Below, piece by piece: positions 1-8,637 of a DNA stretch of 64,000 nt. The stretch lies in assembly GCA_965198065.1 (NCBI GenBank), contig CBDAON010000004.1:2112001-2176000 (forward strand). The letters are read 5' to 3'. This DNA is from Longimicrobiales bacterium. GTDB taxonomy: Bacteria > Gemmatimonadota > Gemmatimonadetes > Longimicrobiales > Gaopeijiaceae. A program made the position numbers and the translations under genes. Under the pieces are notes generated by a model, which saw nothing but the letters and a program-made list of their open reading frames with translations, was not told where the DNA came from and did no database searches. Every line of letters begins with the position of its first letter. Within the stretch, counting starts at the first letter, position 1.

Positions 1-571
1 CGAGCACCTCGTCCTCGATCACGACCGGCCGAAGCCCCACGGGCTCGAGCACCCCTCCGATCTGCGCGCCCGCGCTCACATGAACGCGGCTCCCAATCTG
101 CGCGCAGGATCCCACGAGCGCGTGTGAGTCAATCATCGTCCCCTCTCCCACCCACGCGCCGACGTTCACGAACGCGGGCGGCATCACGACGACATTAGGC
201 CCCAGATAAGCTCCGGCCCGAACGGAGCTCCCCCCGGGGACGATCCGCACCCGCTCCTCCACGCCCCGCGTCTCGCGGAGGGGAAGCGTGTCGCGGTCGA
301 AGTAGCGGAACGGATGGGTGCGCTCCGCGTCCCCCTTGGGAAACGCGACCGTTTCGCCAGCCCGGAAGGCGAGGAGGATGCCCCTCTTCACCCACTCCAC
401 CGCCTCCCAGCCCTCGGGCCCGCGATGGGCCGCGCGCACCTCACCGGTCTCGAGCAGGCGGAAGAGGCGGGTGACCGCCGCCCTCGCCGCGTCACGATCC
501 CGGAGCGGCGACTGGGCGGAGAGCGTCCCGATGGCCGACTCGAGCTCGCCCACGCCGTTGCCTGGGCTCAC
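1..571 (-). CDS. dapD: Tetrahydrodipicolinate N-succinyltransferase (3' end runs off the window)
   Basis: Manual translation of the minus strand gives GTMIDSHALVGSCAQIGSRVHVSAGAQIGGVLEPVGLRPVVIEDEV, the DapD hexapeptide region; the GTG start overlaps the dapA TGA. Not in the ORF track because it is open-ended. Confidence 0.92.
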   Translation of the reverse strand, partial: MSPGNGVGELESAIGTLSAQSPLRDRDAARAAVTRLFRLLETGEVRAAHRGPEGWEAVEWVKRGILLAFRAGETVAFPKGDAERTHPFRYFDRDTLPLRETRGVEERVRIVPGGSSVRAGAYLGPNVVVMPPAFVNVGAWVGEGTMIDSHALVGSCAQIGSRVHVSAGAQIGGVLEPVGLRPVVIEDEVL

Positions 572-1470
572 GGGCTCGTTCTAAGGAGCCCCGTCTCGCG
601 GAGCACCCGCCGGAGCGCCTCGAGCGACGCCTGGGAAAGAGGGGCGAGGGGTGAGCGCACCCCGGAGCCCATCCGCCCCATTAGATGGAGGGCCGTCTTC
701 ACCGGCACCGGGTTGGTCTCGATGAAGTTGACGCGCATGAGGGGAAGGAGCTCGTAGTGCACCCTGCGAGCCTCTCCGATATCGCCAGCCAGGGCCGCGG
801 AGACGAGCGCCTTCATCCGGGCAGGGGCCTCGTTGGCCGCGACCGAGACCAACCCGTCTCCTCCCAGGGCCATGATCGCGAGGGCCGTCGCGTCGTCGCC
901 CGAGAGGACGAGGAGCCCCTCCGCGCGGTCCCGCACGAGCGTCATGACCTGGTCGAGGTCTCCCGACGCCTCCTTCACGCCCACGACCGGATCCAGCTCG
1001 GCTAGCCGGAACACGGTCTCGGGCTCGAGGTTGACCCCCGTGCGACCCGGCACGTTGTAGAGCACGACCGGGACACCCTGGCCTGCGAGGGCGACCTCCT
1101 CGTAATGGCGGAAGAGCCCTTCCTGGGAAGGACGGTTGTAGTAAGGGGTGACGAGGAGGAGGCCGCTCGCACCCTCTTCGACCGCCGCGGCCGCGAGCCG
1201 CTTCGAGCGCTCCGTGCTGTTCGTGCCTGCCCCCGCGAAGACGGGAACCCGCCCATCGGCGGCCTGGACACACGCGGCGATCACGCGCCGCTGCTCGTCG
1301 GCGTCCAGGGTGGCACTCTCCCCCGTCGTCCCGCACGGCATGAGGACGTCCGCCCCCTGCTCGATCAGCCAGCCGGCGTGGTGGTCGAGCGCCGCGAAGT
1401 CGATGGAGCCGTCCTCGGCCATGGGGGTCACCACGGCCACGGAGAGCCCGCGGGGGAGCACGCGCTTCAA
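568..1470 (-). CDS. dapA: 4-hydroxy-tetrahydrodipicolinate synthase
   Basis: GTTGES, LYNVPGRTG, GVKEASG, ETNPVPVK motifs; lies between dapB and dapD; TTG start overlaps the dapB stop. Confidence 0.95.
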   Translation of the reverse strand: MKRVLPRGLSVAVVTPMAEDGSIDFAALDHHAGWLIEQGADVLMPCGTTGESATLDADEQRRVIAACVQAADGRVPVFAGAGTNSTERSKRLAAAAVEEGASGLLLVTPYYNRPSQEGLFRHYEEVALAGQGVPVVLYNVPGRTGVNLEPETVFRLAELDPVVGVKEASGDLDQVMTLVRDRAEGLLVLSGDDATALAIMALGGDGLVSVAANEAPARMKALVSAALAGDIGEARRVHYELLPLMRVNFIETNPVPVKTALHLMGRMGSGVRSPLAPLSQASLEALRRVLRETGLLRTSP

Positions 1471-2213
1471 GTGAGGAGGTCGTCCATCAGATCGGTCATC
1501 GTGAAGACTCCCGAGCGACCCTCGATCCATTCTGCCGCGAGGACGGCGCCGAGCGCGAAGCCCTTCCGGCTCCGGGCCTCGTGCCGGAGCTCAACGCGGT
1601 CGTCCGGTCCTTCCAGCGCCACCTCGTGAACGCCCGGAACCTCCCCCACACGAGCGACCGAAACCTTGAGTATCGTCGGATCGACGGGGACCCCGGACTG
1701 GAGCTCCGTGGTCCAGCCGTCCTTCCGATCGATCTCGCGTACCAAGAGCTCGGCGAGGGAGCGGGCCGTCCCACCCGGATGGTCCGCCTTGTGCCGGTGA
1801 TGGATCTCCCGGAGGTGCACGTCGAACTCCGGAAGCCTATCGACCAGGCGGCCGGCCAGCTCGACGAGCCGAGTGAACAGGTGCACCCCAACCGAGAAGT
1901 TGGGTGAGTGTACGATCGCCGTACCCGCTTCGCGCACGATCGATTCGACGGCCTGGCGATCCGCTTCCCACCCGGTCGTTCCCACGACCATCCCGACGCC
2001 CAGCTTCGCCGCCTGCCGCACGTTCGCAAGCACGGCCCCGGCCACGGAGAAGTCGATCGCGACGCGGGCTCCCGCGAGCGCTTCGCTCGTGATGGCCCGT
2101 CCATTCAGATTCTCCGGCTCGTCCAGGACGGCGGTGACGGCATGGCCTCGATCCGTCGCGACTTCTCGGACCGCGCGGCCCATCCGACCGTATCCCAGGA
2201 GCGCAACCTTCAT
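1467..2213 (-). CDS. dapB: 4-hydroxy-tetrahydrodipicolinate reductase
   Basis: GYGRMG Rossmann motif, VVGTTG, PNFSVG, EIHHRHKADHPGGTA. Confidence 0.95.
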   Translation of the reverse strand: MKVALLGYGRMGRAVREVATDRGHAVTAVLDEPENLNGRAITSEALAGARVAIDFSVAGAVLANVRQAAKLGVGMVVGTTGWEADRQAVESIVREAGTAIVHSPNFSVGVHLFTRLVELAGRLVDRLPEFDVHLREIHHRHKADHPGGTARSLAELLVREIDRKDGWTTELQSGVPVDPTILKVSVARVGEVPGVHEVALEGPDDRVELRHEARSRKGFALGAVLAAEWIEGRSGVFTMTDLMDDLLT

Positions 2214-2317
2214 GGCCCGGCCCTGTCGGGAGGCGTGACGTCGGTCAAACTGACAGCGCGGCTGCCATGCAGGTCGTTGCAGCGGGACGATTTGACAGAA
2301 CCCGGCACACTCGGAGC

Positions 2318-2333
2318 TGGCACGTGTCCTGCA
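2318..2333 (+). promoter_or_regulatory. Putative sigma54 (-24/-12) promoter of hsp20
   Basis: TGGCACGTGTCCTGCA has exact GG-N10-GC spacing, about 90 nt upstream of the hsp20 ATG. Confidence 0.6.
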
Positions 2334-2424
2334 CTAACGGTGGTCACGCGGCGTCCCGGAAGAGAACGACCTCGCCGGCCGACGTAATGTGTCACCTGAA
2401 CTCCGAAGGAGAAAGGAAGGAGGA

Positions 2425-2889
2425 ATGACCATGGCCATCACTCATTATCGCGACCGAAGCTGGCTTTCCCCCTGGCGTGAGCTCGATCAGATGACGAGCC
2501 GCTTTAACCGTCTCTTCTCGGACCGGTGGGTGCCGGACGGCGAGAGCGCAACCTGGCTTCCCCCGGTCAACGTGGAGGAGACCAGTGATGAGCTCGTCCT
2601 GACGGCCGAGCTGCCCGGCCTTCGTGAGGAGGACGTGGACATCCAGCTCGAGAACAGCGTCCTCACCATTCGGGGTCGGAAGGAGGAGACCCGCGAGGAA
2701 GGCCAGGAGGAGCAGCGGTTCCACCTCTGGGAGCGCAGTTACGGTTCGTTCCAGCGCTCCTTCACGCTTCCCCGGGCCGTGTTGGCCGACAAGATCTCGG
2801 CGACGTTCCAGGACGGAGTGCTCCACGTCCGCGTGCCCAAGGCTCCCGAGTCCAAGGGCAGAAAGATCGAGATCCGCTCGGCAACCTGA
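2425..2889 (+). CDS. Small heat shock protein, Hsp20/alpha-crystallin family
   Basis: AELPG, ERSYGSFQRSFTLP, DGVLHVRVPK; strong SD (GGAGG) before ATG 2425. Confidence 0.95.
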   Translation: MTMAITHYRDRSWLSPWRELDQMTSRFNRLFSDRWVPDGESATWLPPVNVEETSDELVLTAELPGLREEDVDIQLENSVLTIRGRKEETREEGQEEQRFHLWERSYGSFQRSFTLPRAVLADKISATFQDGVLHVRVPKAPESKGRKIEIRSAT

Positions 2890-2910
2890 TTGCCAGGCGG
2901 CCGCGGGCCC

Positions 2911-2951
2911 GCCGCCTCCGCTGGACTCTCCCGGCGGGGGCGGTCGTGTTT
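2911..2951 (+). terminator. Possible hairpin terminator after hsp20
   Basis: Inverted repeat gccgcc-tccgctgg / ccggcggg-ggcggt with only a weak T tract, between convergent genes. Confidence 0.35.
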
Positions 2952-2984
2952 CGTGGTCTGGCCTTCCGTGCGAACACTCCGGCT

Positions 2985-3815
2985 TCAGGGGTCGAGCACC
3001 GCCCGCAGCTTCTCCAGAAGCTCCTTCGAGCCGGCCGCCACGATCGTGCCCGATTCGGTGGTCTCGATGGGGGCTCCCTCCCGGCGCGTGGCGACCCCGC
3101 CGGCTTCGGCCAGAATGACCCGGCCGGCCGCGACGTCCCACGGGGCGAGCTTCCCTTCCCAGAACGCATCCAGGGATCCCTGGGCCAGATAGCAGAGGTC
3201 CAGGGCCGCCGACCCCCCTCTTCGGATCCCCGAGCACGCCGAGAACACCCGACGAAAATCCTCCAGGTACGCCGGTAGCTCTTCCGGGCGGCGAAAGGGA
3301 AAGCCGGTCCCGACCAAGGCTTCCCCGAGGCCGTGCTCGGACGAGGTTCGGATTCGATGCCCGTTCCGGAACGCCCCACCCGCCCGTTCGGCCCACCACT
3401 TCTCACCCGTGGCCGAGGCCACCACGGCTCCCGCGACCAGGTCCCCCTCCACCGCGACGCCGACGGACGCGGCGTACATCGGGTGCCCGTGGAGGTAGTT
3501 GGTGGTTCCGTCGAGCGGATCCACGATCCAGAGCGGCGCCTCGCCGTCCCTGGTCGCGACAGGGGGGGGGCCCGGAAGCGGATCCGCCTCCCGAGAATGG
3601 GCTTCCTCCGACAGGATGCGGTGACCTGGAAAGCGCTCCCGGATCACGGTGAGTGATGCTCGCTCTGCCTCCGTGTCCACGAACGACACGAAGTCCGACG
3701 GGCCCTTCCTCACGGCGTCGGATATGCGCACGCGACCGCGGTGCTCCCGGTGGACGCCACTCGCGGCTTCGGCGGCCTCCATGGCCGCGTCGAGGAGGTC
3801 GGGAAATGGGCTCAT
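2985..3815 (-). CDS. Inositol monophosphatase family protein (SuhB-like)
   Basis: LSEE, WIVDPLDGTTNY, RRGGSAALDL, PWDVAAG motifs. Confidence 0.92.
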   Translation of the reverse strand: MSPFPDLLDAAMEAAEAASGVHREHRGRVRISDAVRKGPSDFVSFVDTEAERASLTVIRERFPGHRILSEEAHSREADPLPGPPPVATRDGEAPLWIVDPLDGTTNYLHGHPMYAASVGVAVEGDLVAGAVVASATGEKWWAERAGGAFRNGHRIRTSSEHGLGEALVGTGFPFRRPEELPAYLEDFRRVFSACSGIRRGGSAALDLCYLAQGSLDAFWEGKLAPWDVAAGRVILAEAGGVATRREGAPIETTESGTIVAAGSKELLEKLRAVLDP

Positions 3816-3900
3816 CGAGGGGGTGGGCCGAGGGTCGCCCTGGTTTCGAGGGGGCGCTAACTTAGCGGCTCTTCAACTCCGTGACCAAGCGAGGCGTGGC

Positions 3901-4911
3901 GTGAAGGAGCGCGTCTTCAGCGGGATGCAGCCCAGTGGCGAGGCGCACCTGGGGAATTACCTGGGGGCGCTGCGTCAGTGGGTCCAGCTACAGGAGGAGT
4001 ACGAGTGCTTCTTCTGTATTGTGGACGAGCACGCGATCACGGGAGAGTTCACCCCCGAGGAGCTCCCGGCGCGAACGCTCGACCTCGCGGTGAGCTTCCT
4101 CGCCGTGGGGCTCGATCCCGAGCGGAGCACGATCTTCGTCCAATCCGACGTGCCCGAGCACGCGGCCCTGGCGTGGCTCCTCAACGCCGTAGCGCCCGTT
4201 GGGGACCTGGAGCGGATGACGCAGTACAAGGACAAGTCCGCCCGCCTCGAGTCCATCCCGGCCGGGCTCCTGAACTACCCGATCCTCCAGGCCGCGGACA
4301 TCCTCCTCTACCGGGCCGCCCTCGTTCCAGTGGGTGAGGACCAGCTCCAACACCTCGAGTTCTCGCGCGAGATCGCCCGCCGGTGGAACGCCCGCTTCGG
4401 CGAGCTCTTCCCCGAGCCGAAGCCCATACTGAGCCCGGCGGGGCGGATCCTGGGGCTGGACGGGAGCGCGAAGATGAGCAAGTCCCTGGGAAACACGGTC
4501 GGCATTCTGGCCGATCCCGAGGAGGTCCACGCGCGGGTCCGCACCGCGGTCACGGACCCGCAGCGCGTGAGGAAGAGCGATCCGGGGCGTCCGGAAGTGT
4601 GCAACGTGTATGCGTTGCACGGACACTTCACGGATCCGGCACTCCTCCCCGATATCGCGGACCAGTGCCGTGGGGCCACCCGGGGGTGCGTCGAGTGCAA
4701 GCGGATCCTCTCCGACCACATCGCGTCCCACTTTGCCGAGGCGAGGGAGCGAGCGGCTGAGCTGACGGCGTGGCCCTCACGAGTGCAGGACGTGCTCGAC
4801 GCGGGCGCCGAGCGTGCCCGCGCCGAGGCGCGCGCTACGATGGACGAGGTGCGGCATCGGATGGGGATGGCGTGGCGGGAGCAAATTCCGGCTCCCTCGG
4901 GTCGGGCGTGA
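3901..4911 (+). CDS. trpS: Tryptophan--tRNA ligase
   Basis: SGMQPSGEAHLGNY (HIGH), YPILQAADI, VPVGEDQ, KMSKS; start placed at GTG 3901. Confidence 0.96.
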   Translation: MKERVFSGMQPSGEAHLGNYLGALRQWVQLQEEYECFFCIVDEHAITGEFTPEELPARTLDLAVSFLAVGLDPERSTIFVQSDVPEHAALAWLLNAVAPVGDLERMTQYKDKSARLESIPAGLLNYPILQAADILLYRAALVPVGEDQLQHLEFSREIARRWNARFGELFPEPKPILSPAGRILGLDGSAKMSKSLGNTVGILADPEEVHARVRTAVTDPQRVRKSDPGRPEVCNVYALHGHFTDPALLPDIADQCRGATRGCVECKRILSDHIASHFAEARERAAELTAWPSRVQDVLDAGAERARAEARATMDEVRHRMGMAWREQIPAPSGRA

Positions 4912-4933
4912 ACCTTCAACGGGGTCCAATCCC

Positions 4934-6076
4934 ATGAGTGAGCCGAAGACGGGCATGACGGACATCTTCAAGGCGGCGATCCAGCGGGGCGCGAGCGACC
5001 TCCACATCAAGGCGGGGGACGTGATCCGGGCTCGGATCCACGGACGGCTCCTTCCGCTCACACAGCAGCGGATGACGCAGGAGCAGGTGAAGGCGCTCGC
5101 GCTCCAGCTGATGCCGCAGGAAAAAGACCGCGCCCGCATCGACGACGACGCGGATTACGACTGCTCGTGGGGGCTTCCGGGCCTCGGCCGCTTCCGCGTG
5201 AACCTGCTCCGCCAACGGGGCTCGTTCATGATCGTCATGCGCGTCATCCCCATCGACGTGCCCTCCCTTGCGGACCTCCGGATGCCCAAGGTTCTGGAGA
5301 AGGTGGCCGAGAACGAGCGGGGGCTCGTGCTCGTGACGGGGACCACCGGATCGGGGAAGAGCTCGACGATGGCGGCCATGGTGCAGCACGTCAACGAGCA
5401 CACGCAGAAGCACATCGTCACCCTCGAGAACCCGATCGAGTTCCTGCACCGGGACAAGAAGAGCTCGATCACGCAGAGGGACATCGGAACGGACACGGAC
5501 TCGTTCGCCACCGGGCTCCGGGCCGCCCTTCGCCAAGACCCGGACGTGATCCTGATCGGGGAGATGCGGGACACCGAGACGATCGACATCGCGCTCAAGG
5601 CCGCGGAGACCGGGCACCTGGTCATCTCGACCGTCCACACCCAGAACGCGGTCCAGACGATCTCCCGCGTGGTTGCCGTGTTCGACAAGTCCGAGCAGGA
5701 GATGCTCAGGATCCGGCTCTCCGAGAGCCTCCAGGGGGTGGTCTCCCAGCGGCTGCTCCCCAGGGCCGAAGGCGAGGGCCGGATCGTGGCGTGCGAGGTC
5801 ATGGTCGTCACGGGCACGATACGGGACTGCATCAAGGATCCCGATCGGGCCGCCGAGATTCCGGACCTGATTGAGGAGGGGCGTCAGCACTACGGGTCCC
5901 AGAGCTTCGATCAGCACCTCCTCGAGTTGGTGCGCGACGGCCTCGTGGACTTCAAGGTGGCGAAGGCCGCCGCCACGAACCCGTCGGACTTCGACCTGAA
6001 GGTCAACTTCCTGGGAGAGAGCGGAGAGGGCGCTGGGAAGGCCCCGGGCGAGGACATGTCCCACTTGTTCGGATGA
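4934..6076 (+). CDS. PilT/PilU-family type IV pilus ATPase
   Basis: ASDLHI, Walker A GTTGSGKS, ALRQDPDVILIGEMRD, ETGHLVISTVH. Confidence 0.9.
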   Translation: MSEPKTGMTDIFKAAIQRGASDLHIKAGDVIRARIHGRLLPLTQQRMTQEQVKALALQLMPQEKDRARIDDDADYDCSWGLPGLGRFRVNLLRQRGSFMIVMRVIPIDVPSLADLRMPKVLEKVAENERGLVLVTGTTGSGKSSTMAAMVQHVNEHTQKHIVTLENPIEFLHRDKKSSITQRDIGTDTDSFATGLRAALRQDPDVILIGEMRDTETIDIALKAAETGHLVISTVHTQNAVQTISRVVAVFDKSEQEMLRIRLSESLQGVVSQRLLPRAEGEGRIVACEVMVVTGTIRDCIKDPDRAAEIPDLIEEGRQHYGSQSFDQHLLELVRDGLVDFKVAKAAATNPSDFDLKVNFLGESGEGAGKAPGEDMSHLFG

Positions 6077-6134
6077 CGGGTCGGCGCTTCCGCTGGAGGG
6101 CCCGGCCGGTTCCGGCGGAGCCCGCGGATCGCGG

Positions 6135-7091
6135 ATGACGCGAGCGACAGCGAGATCGGGGGGCGGACCCGACCTCTCGGGAATCCTCGTACCTGTGGTC
6201 ACGCCGTTCGACCGCGAGACAGGGGACGTGGATGCGCCCGCTCTGGTTTCTAACCTGGAAGCGCTCCTCGCGGAGCCGATCCGGGGCGTCGTGTTGGCCG
6301 GCTCGACCGGGGAGGGCGTGCTGCTCGCTCCGGAAGAGCGGCTCGCTCTCGTCCGCGCTGCCCGGGACGTCGTGCCCGAGGACCGTATCCTGCTCGCGGG
6401 CACGGGGCTCGAGTCCACGCGCGCGACTATCCGCCTGACCGAGGCTGCCGCGCGTGCCGGCGCGGACGCGGTGCTCGTCCAGCCCCCGTCGTTCTATCGG
6501 GTTGCGATGGACGTCGCGGCCCTCTCGCGTCACTACCGGGCCGTCGCGGAGGCGTCGCCGGTGCCGCTTGTCCTCTATCAGGTCCCTCCACGGCTTTCGA
6601 CCATCGAGCTTCGGACGGCGCTCGTGGTTGAGCTCTCCGAGCTTCCGAACGTGATCGGGGTCAAGGACTCGCGAGGCGACCTGGAAGGGCTCGCGGCTTG
6701 GGTCACCAACGTCGTGAGAGGGTTCCAGGTGCTGGTGGGAGAGGCGGGAAAGCTCTACGCTGCCCTCGAGATCGGAGCGACGGGGGGAATCCTGGCCGTC
6801 GCAAACCTTGCGCCTGCGGATGCGTGCGAGCTCCACCGGGCCTTTCGGGAAGGGCGGAGCGCGGAGGCCGAACGGATCCAGGAGAGGCTCGGACCGCTGG
6901 TCCGGGTCGTAGTGGGAAGACTCGGTGTTCCCGGCGTGAAGGCGGCCATGGATCTCCTGGGGATGCGTGGGGGCGCGCCGCGCCCTCCCCTTCTGCCACT
7001 GGACGAGGAGGCGGTTGGCCAGGTTCGCCGGGCTCTCGAGACCGCGGGACTGGCACCGGGTCCAGTTCGCCCGGGCATGCTCATCCTCTAA
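6135..7091 (+). CDS. DapA-family aldolase (4-hydroxy-2-oxoglutarate aldolase-like)
   Basis: PVVTPF, GSTGE, AGTGLEST, GVKDS; differs from the canonical dapA in this window. Confidence 0.8.
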   Translation: MTRATARSGGGPDLSGILVPVVTPFDRETGDVDAPALVSNLEALLAEPIRGVVLAGSTGEGVLLAPEERLALVRAARDVVPEDRILLAGTGLESTRATIRLTEAAARAGADAVLVQPPSFYRVAMDVAALSRHYRAVAEASPVPLVLYQVPPRLSTIELRTALVVELSELPNVIGVKDSRGDLEGLAAWVTNVVRGFQVLVGEAGKLYAALEIGATGGILAVANLAPADACELHRAFREGRSAEAERIQERLGPLVRVVVGRLGVPGVKAAMDLLGMRGGAPRPPLLPLDEEAVGQVRRALETAGLAPGPVRPGMLIL

Positions 7092-7154
7092 GGGCCGGTA
7101 CGGGGGTGGACCGGAGCGGGAACGCCGACGAGCCGCACGGGTGGGGCTGCGCTG

Positions 7155-7184
7155 TTGACACCTCGCCTCGCGTCCACCTAGCTT
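7155..7184 (+). promoter_or_regulatory. Putative sigma70 promoter of purA
   Basis: TTGACA (7155-7160), 18 nt spacer, TAGCTT (7179-7184). Confidence 0.65.
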
Positions 7185-7217
7185 CTCCCAAAGGATACAG
7201 CGGACTCGTCCGGCTTG

Positions 7218-7244
7218 AGCCCATCCCCCAGGGAGGGCTTTTTT
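7218..7244 (+). terminator. Intrinsic terminator-like hairpin inside the purA leader
   Basis: agccc-a-tccc / cca loop / ggga-gggct followed by a T run. Confidence 0.6.
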
Positions 7245-7275
7245 CATGCCCATGAGGATCGATTCGAGGGAGCCC

Positions 7276-8568
7276 GTGAGAGCGACGGATGGTCACCTGG
7301 TGGTCGTGGTCGGCTGCCAGTGGGGCGACGAGGGCAAGGGGAAGATCGTGGACGTCCTCGCCGAGAGCGTGGACGTCGTCGCGCGCTATCAGGGCGGGGC
7401 GAACGCGGGCCACACCGTGCACGTGGGGGAGGAGGAGTTCATCCTCCACCAGATCCCGTCGGGGATCCTCCATCCCGAGAGGCGGTGCCTCCTCGGTAAC
7501 GGAGTCGTGTTGGACCTGATCCAGTTCTTCCAGGAGCACGACGAGCTCGCGGCACGCGGGATTGCCGTGGACGGCAGGGTCGGCGTGAGCTGGCGTGCCC
7601 ACCTGCTCCTGCCGTACCATCGCGTCCTGGATCAGGCGGCCGAGGACCGCGCGGCCGAGTCCAAGATCGGAACGACGGGGAGGGGGATCGGCCCCGCGTA
7701 CCAGGAGAAGGTTTCCCGCCGCGGGATCCGGGTCGCGGACGCGTTCGAAGAGACCCGCTTTCGAGACCTCGTCCTGAGGGGGAGCGACCAGGCGGGCGCG
7801 GCTCTCTCCCAGATGGGCCGACAGGACGACGGCGCGTGGCGGGACGACCTCGAACGGTGCGTCGAGCTCCGGGAGCGCCTGCTCCCCCTGGGCACCGACA
7901 CGGGCCTCGAGATCGAGAGGTCGCTCTCCGCTGGCCAGCGTGTGCTGCTCGAGGGTGCTCAGGGGACGGCGCTGGATCTCGACCACGGCACGTATCCCTA
8001 CGTGACCTCGTCGAACACGACAGCTGGAGCGGCAGCGTTGGGCGTGGGTGTCGGGCCGACCCGGATCGACTCGGTTCTCGGAGTCGTGAAGGCCTACACG
8101 ACGCGAGTCGGGAACGGCCCGCTTCCGACCGCGTTTCCTCCCGAGATGGACGCCCATGTGCGCGAGCTAGGCGGGGAGTTCGGCGCGACGACGGGGCGCC
8201 CCCGCCGATGCGGCTGGTTCGACGCGGTCCTGGCTCGCTATTCGGCGCGTGTGAACGGGCTCACCGGCCTCGCGGTGACGAAGCTGGACGTGCTGGACAC
8301 TCTTCCCCAGATCGGGATTGCTACCGCGTATCGCACCCGCGACGGGGAGACTGAGCACTTTCCCTCCGACACGTGCGGGCTCGAGACCGTGGATCCGGTC
8401 CTCGAGTTCCTGCCCGGATGGCAAGCGGGGACGAGCGAAGCCAAGACGCTCCACGACCTCCCTAAGAACGCACGCCGCTATCTCGATCGGATCGAGGAGA
8501 TTGCGGGCGCCCGCGTGGAGATGGTCTCCGTGGGGACGCGCCGGAGCCAGATCATCCACGTGGGTTGA
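7276..8568 (+). CDS. purA: Adenylosuccinate synthetase
   Basis: QWGDEGKGK, GGANAGHT, IGTTGRGIGP, EGAQG, GTYPYVTSS, TTGRPRRCGW; GTG 7276 follows SD GAGGGAG (alternative ATG at 7246 or 7252). Confidence 0.97.
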   Translation: MRATDGHLVVVVGCQWGDEGKGKIVDVLAESVDVVARYQGGANAGHTVHVGEEEFILHQIPSGILHPERRCLLGNGVVLDLIQFFQEHDELAARGIAVDGRVGVSWRAHLLLPYHRVLDQAAEDRAAESKIGTTGRGIGPAYQEKVSRRGIRVADAFEETRFRDLVLRGSDQAGAALSQMGRQDDGAWRDDLERCVELRERLLPLGTDTGLEIERSLSAGQRVLLEGAQGTALDLDHGTYPYVTSSNTTAGAAALGVGVGPTRIDSVLGVVKAYTTRVGNGPLPTAFPPEMDAHVRELGGEFGATTGRPRRCGWFDAVLARYSARVNGLTGLAVTKLDVLDTLPQIGIATAYRTRDGETEHFPSDTCGLETVDPVLEFLPGWQAGTSEAKTLHDLPKNARRYLDRIEEIAGARVEMVSVGTRRSQIIHVG

Positions 8569-8637
8569 GGGTGGGGCGCGAAAGGGGGCAGCAGCCGGCC
8601 GCCGCCGCCCCCCCCAAAGCCAGCTGTGCTGAAAGTC

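Noticed and set aside
2301..2335. CIRCE-like element upstream of hsp20
   Set aside because: Only a partial GCACACTC-like half site; no TTAGCACTC-N9-GAGTGCTAA palindrome. The sigma54 reading fits better.
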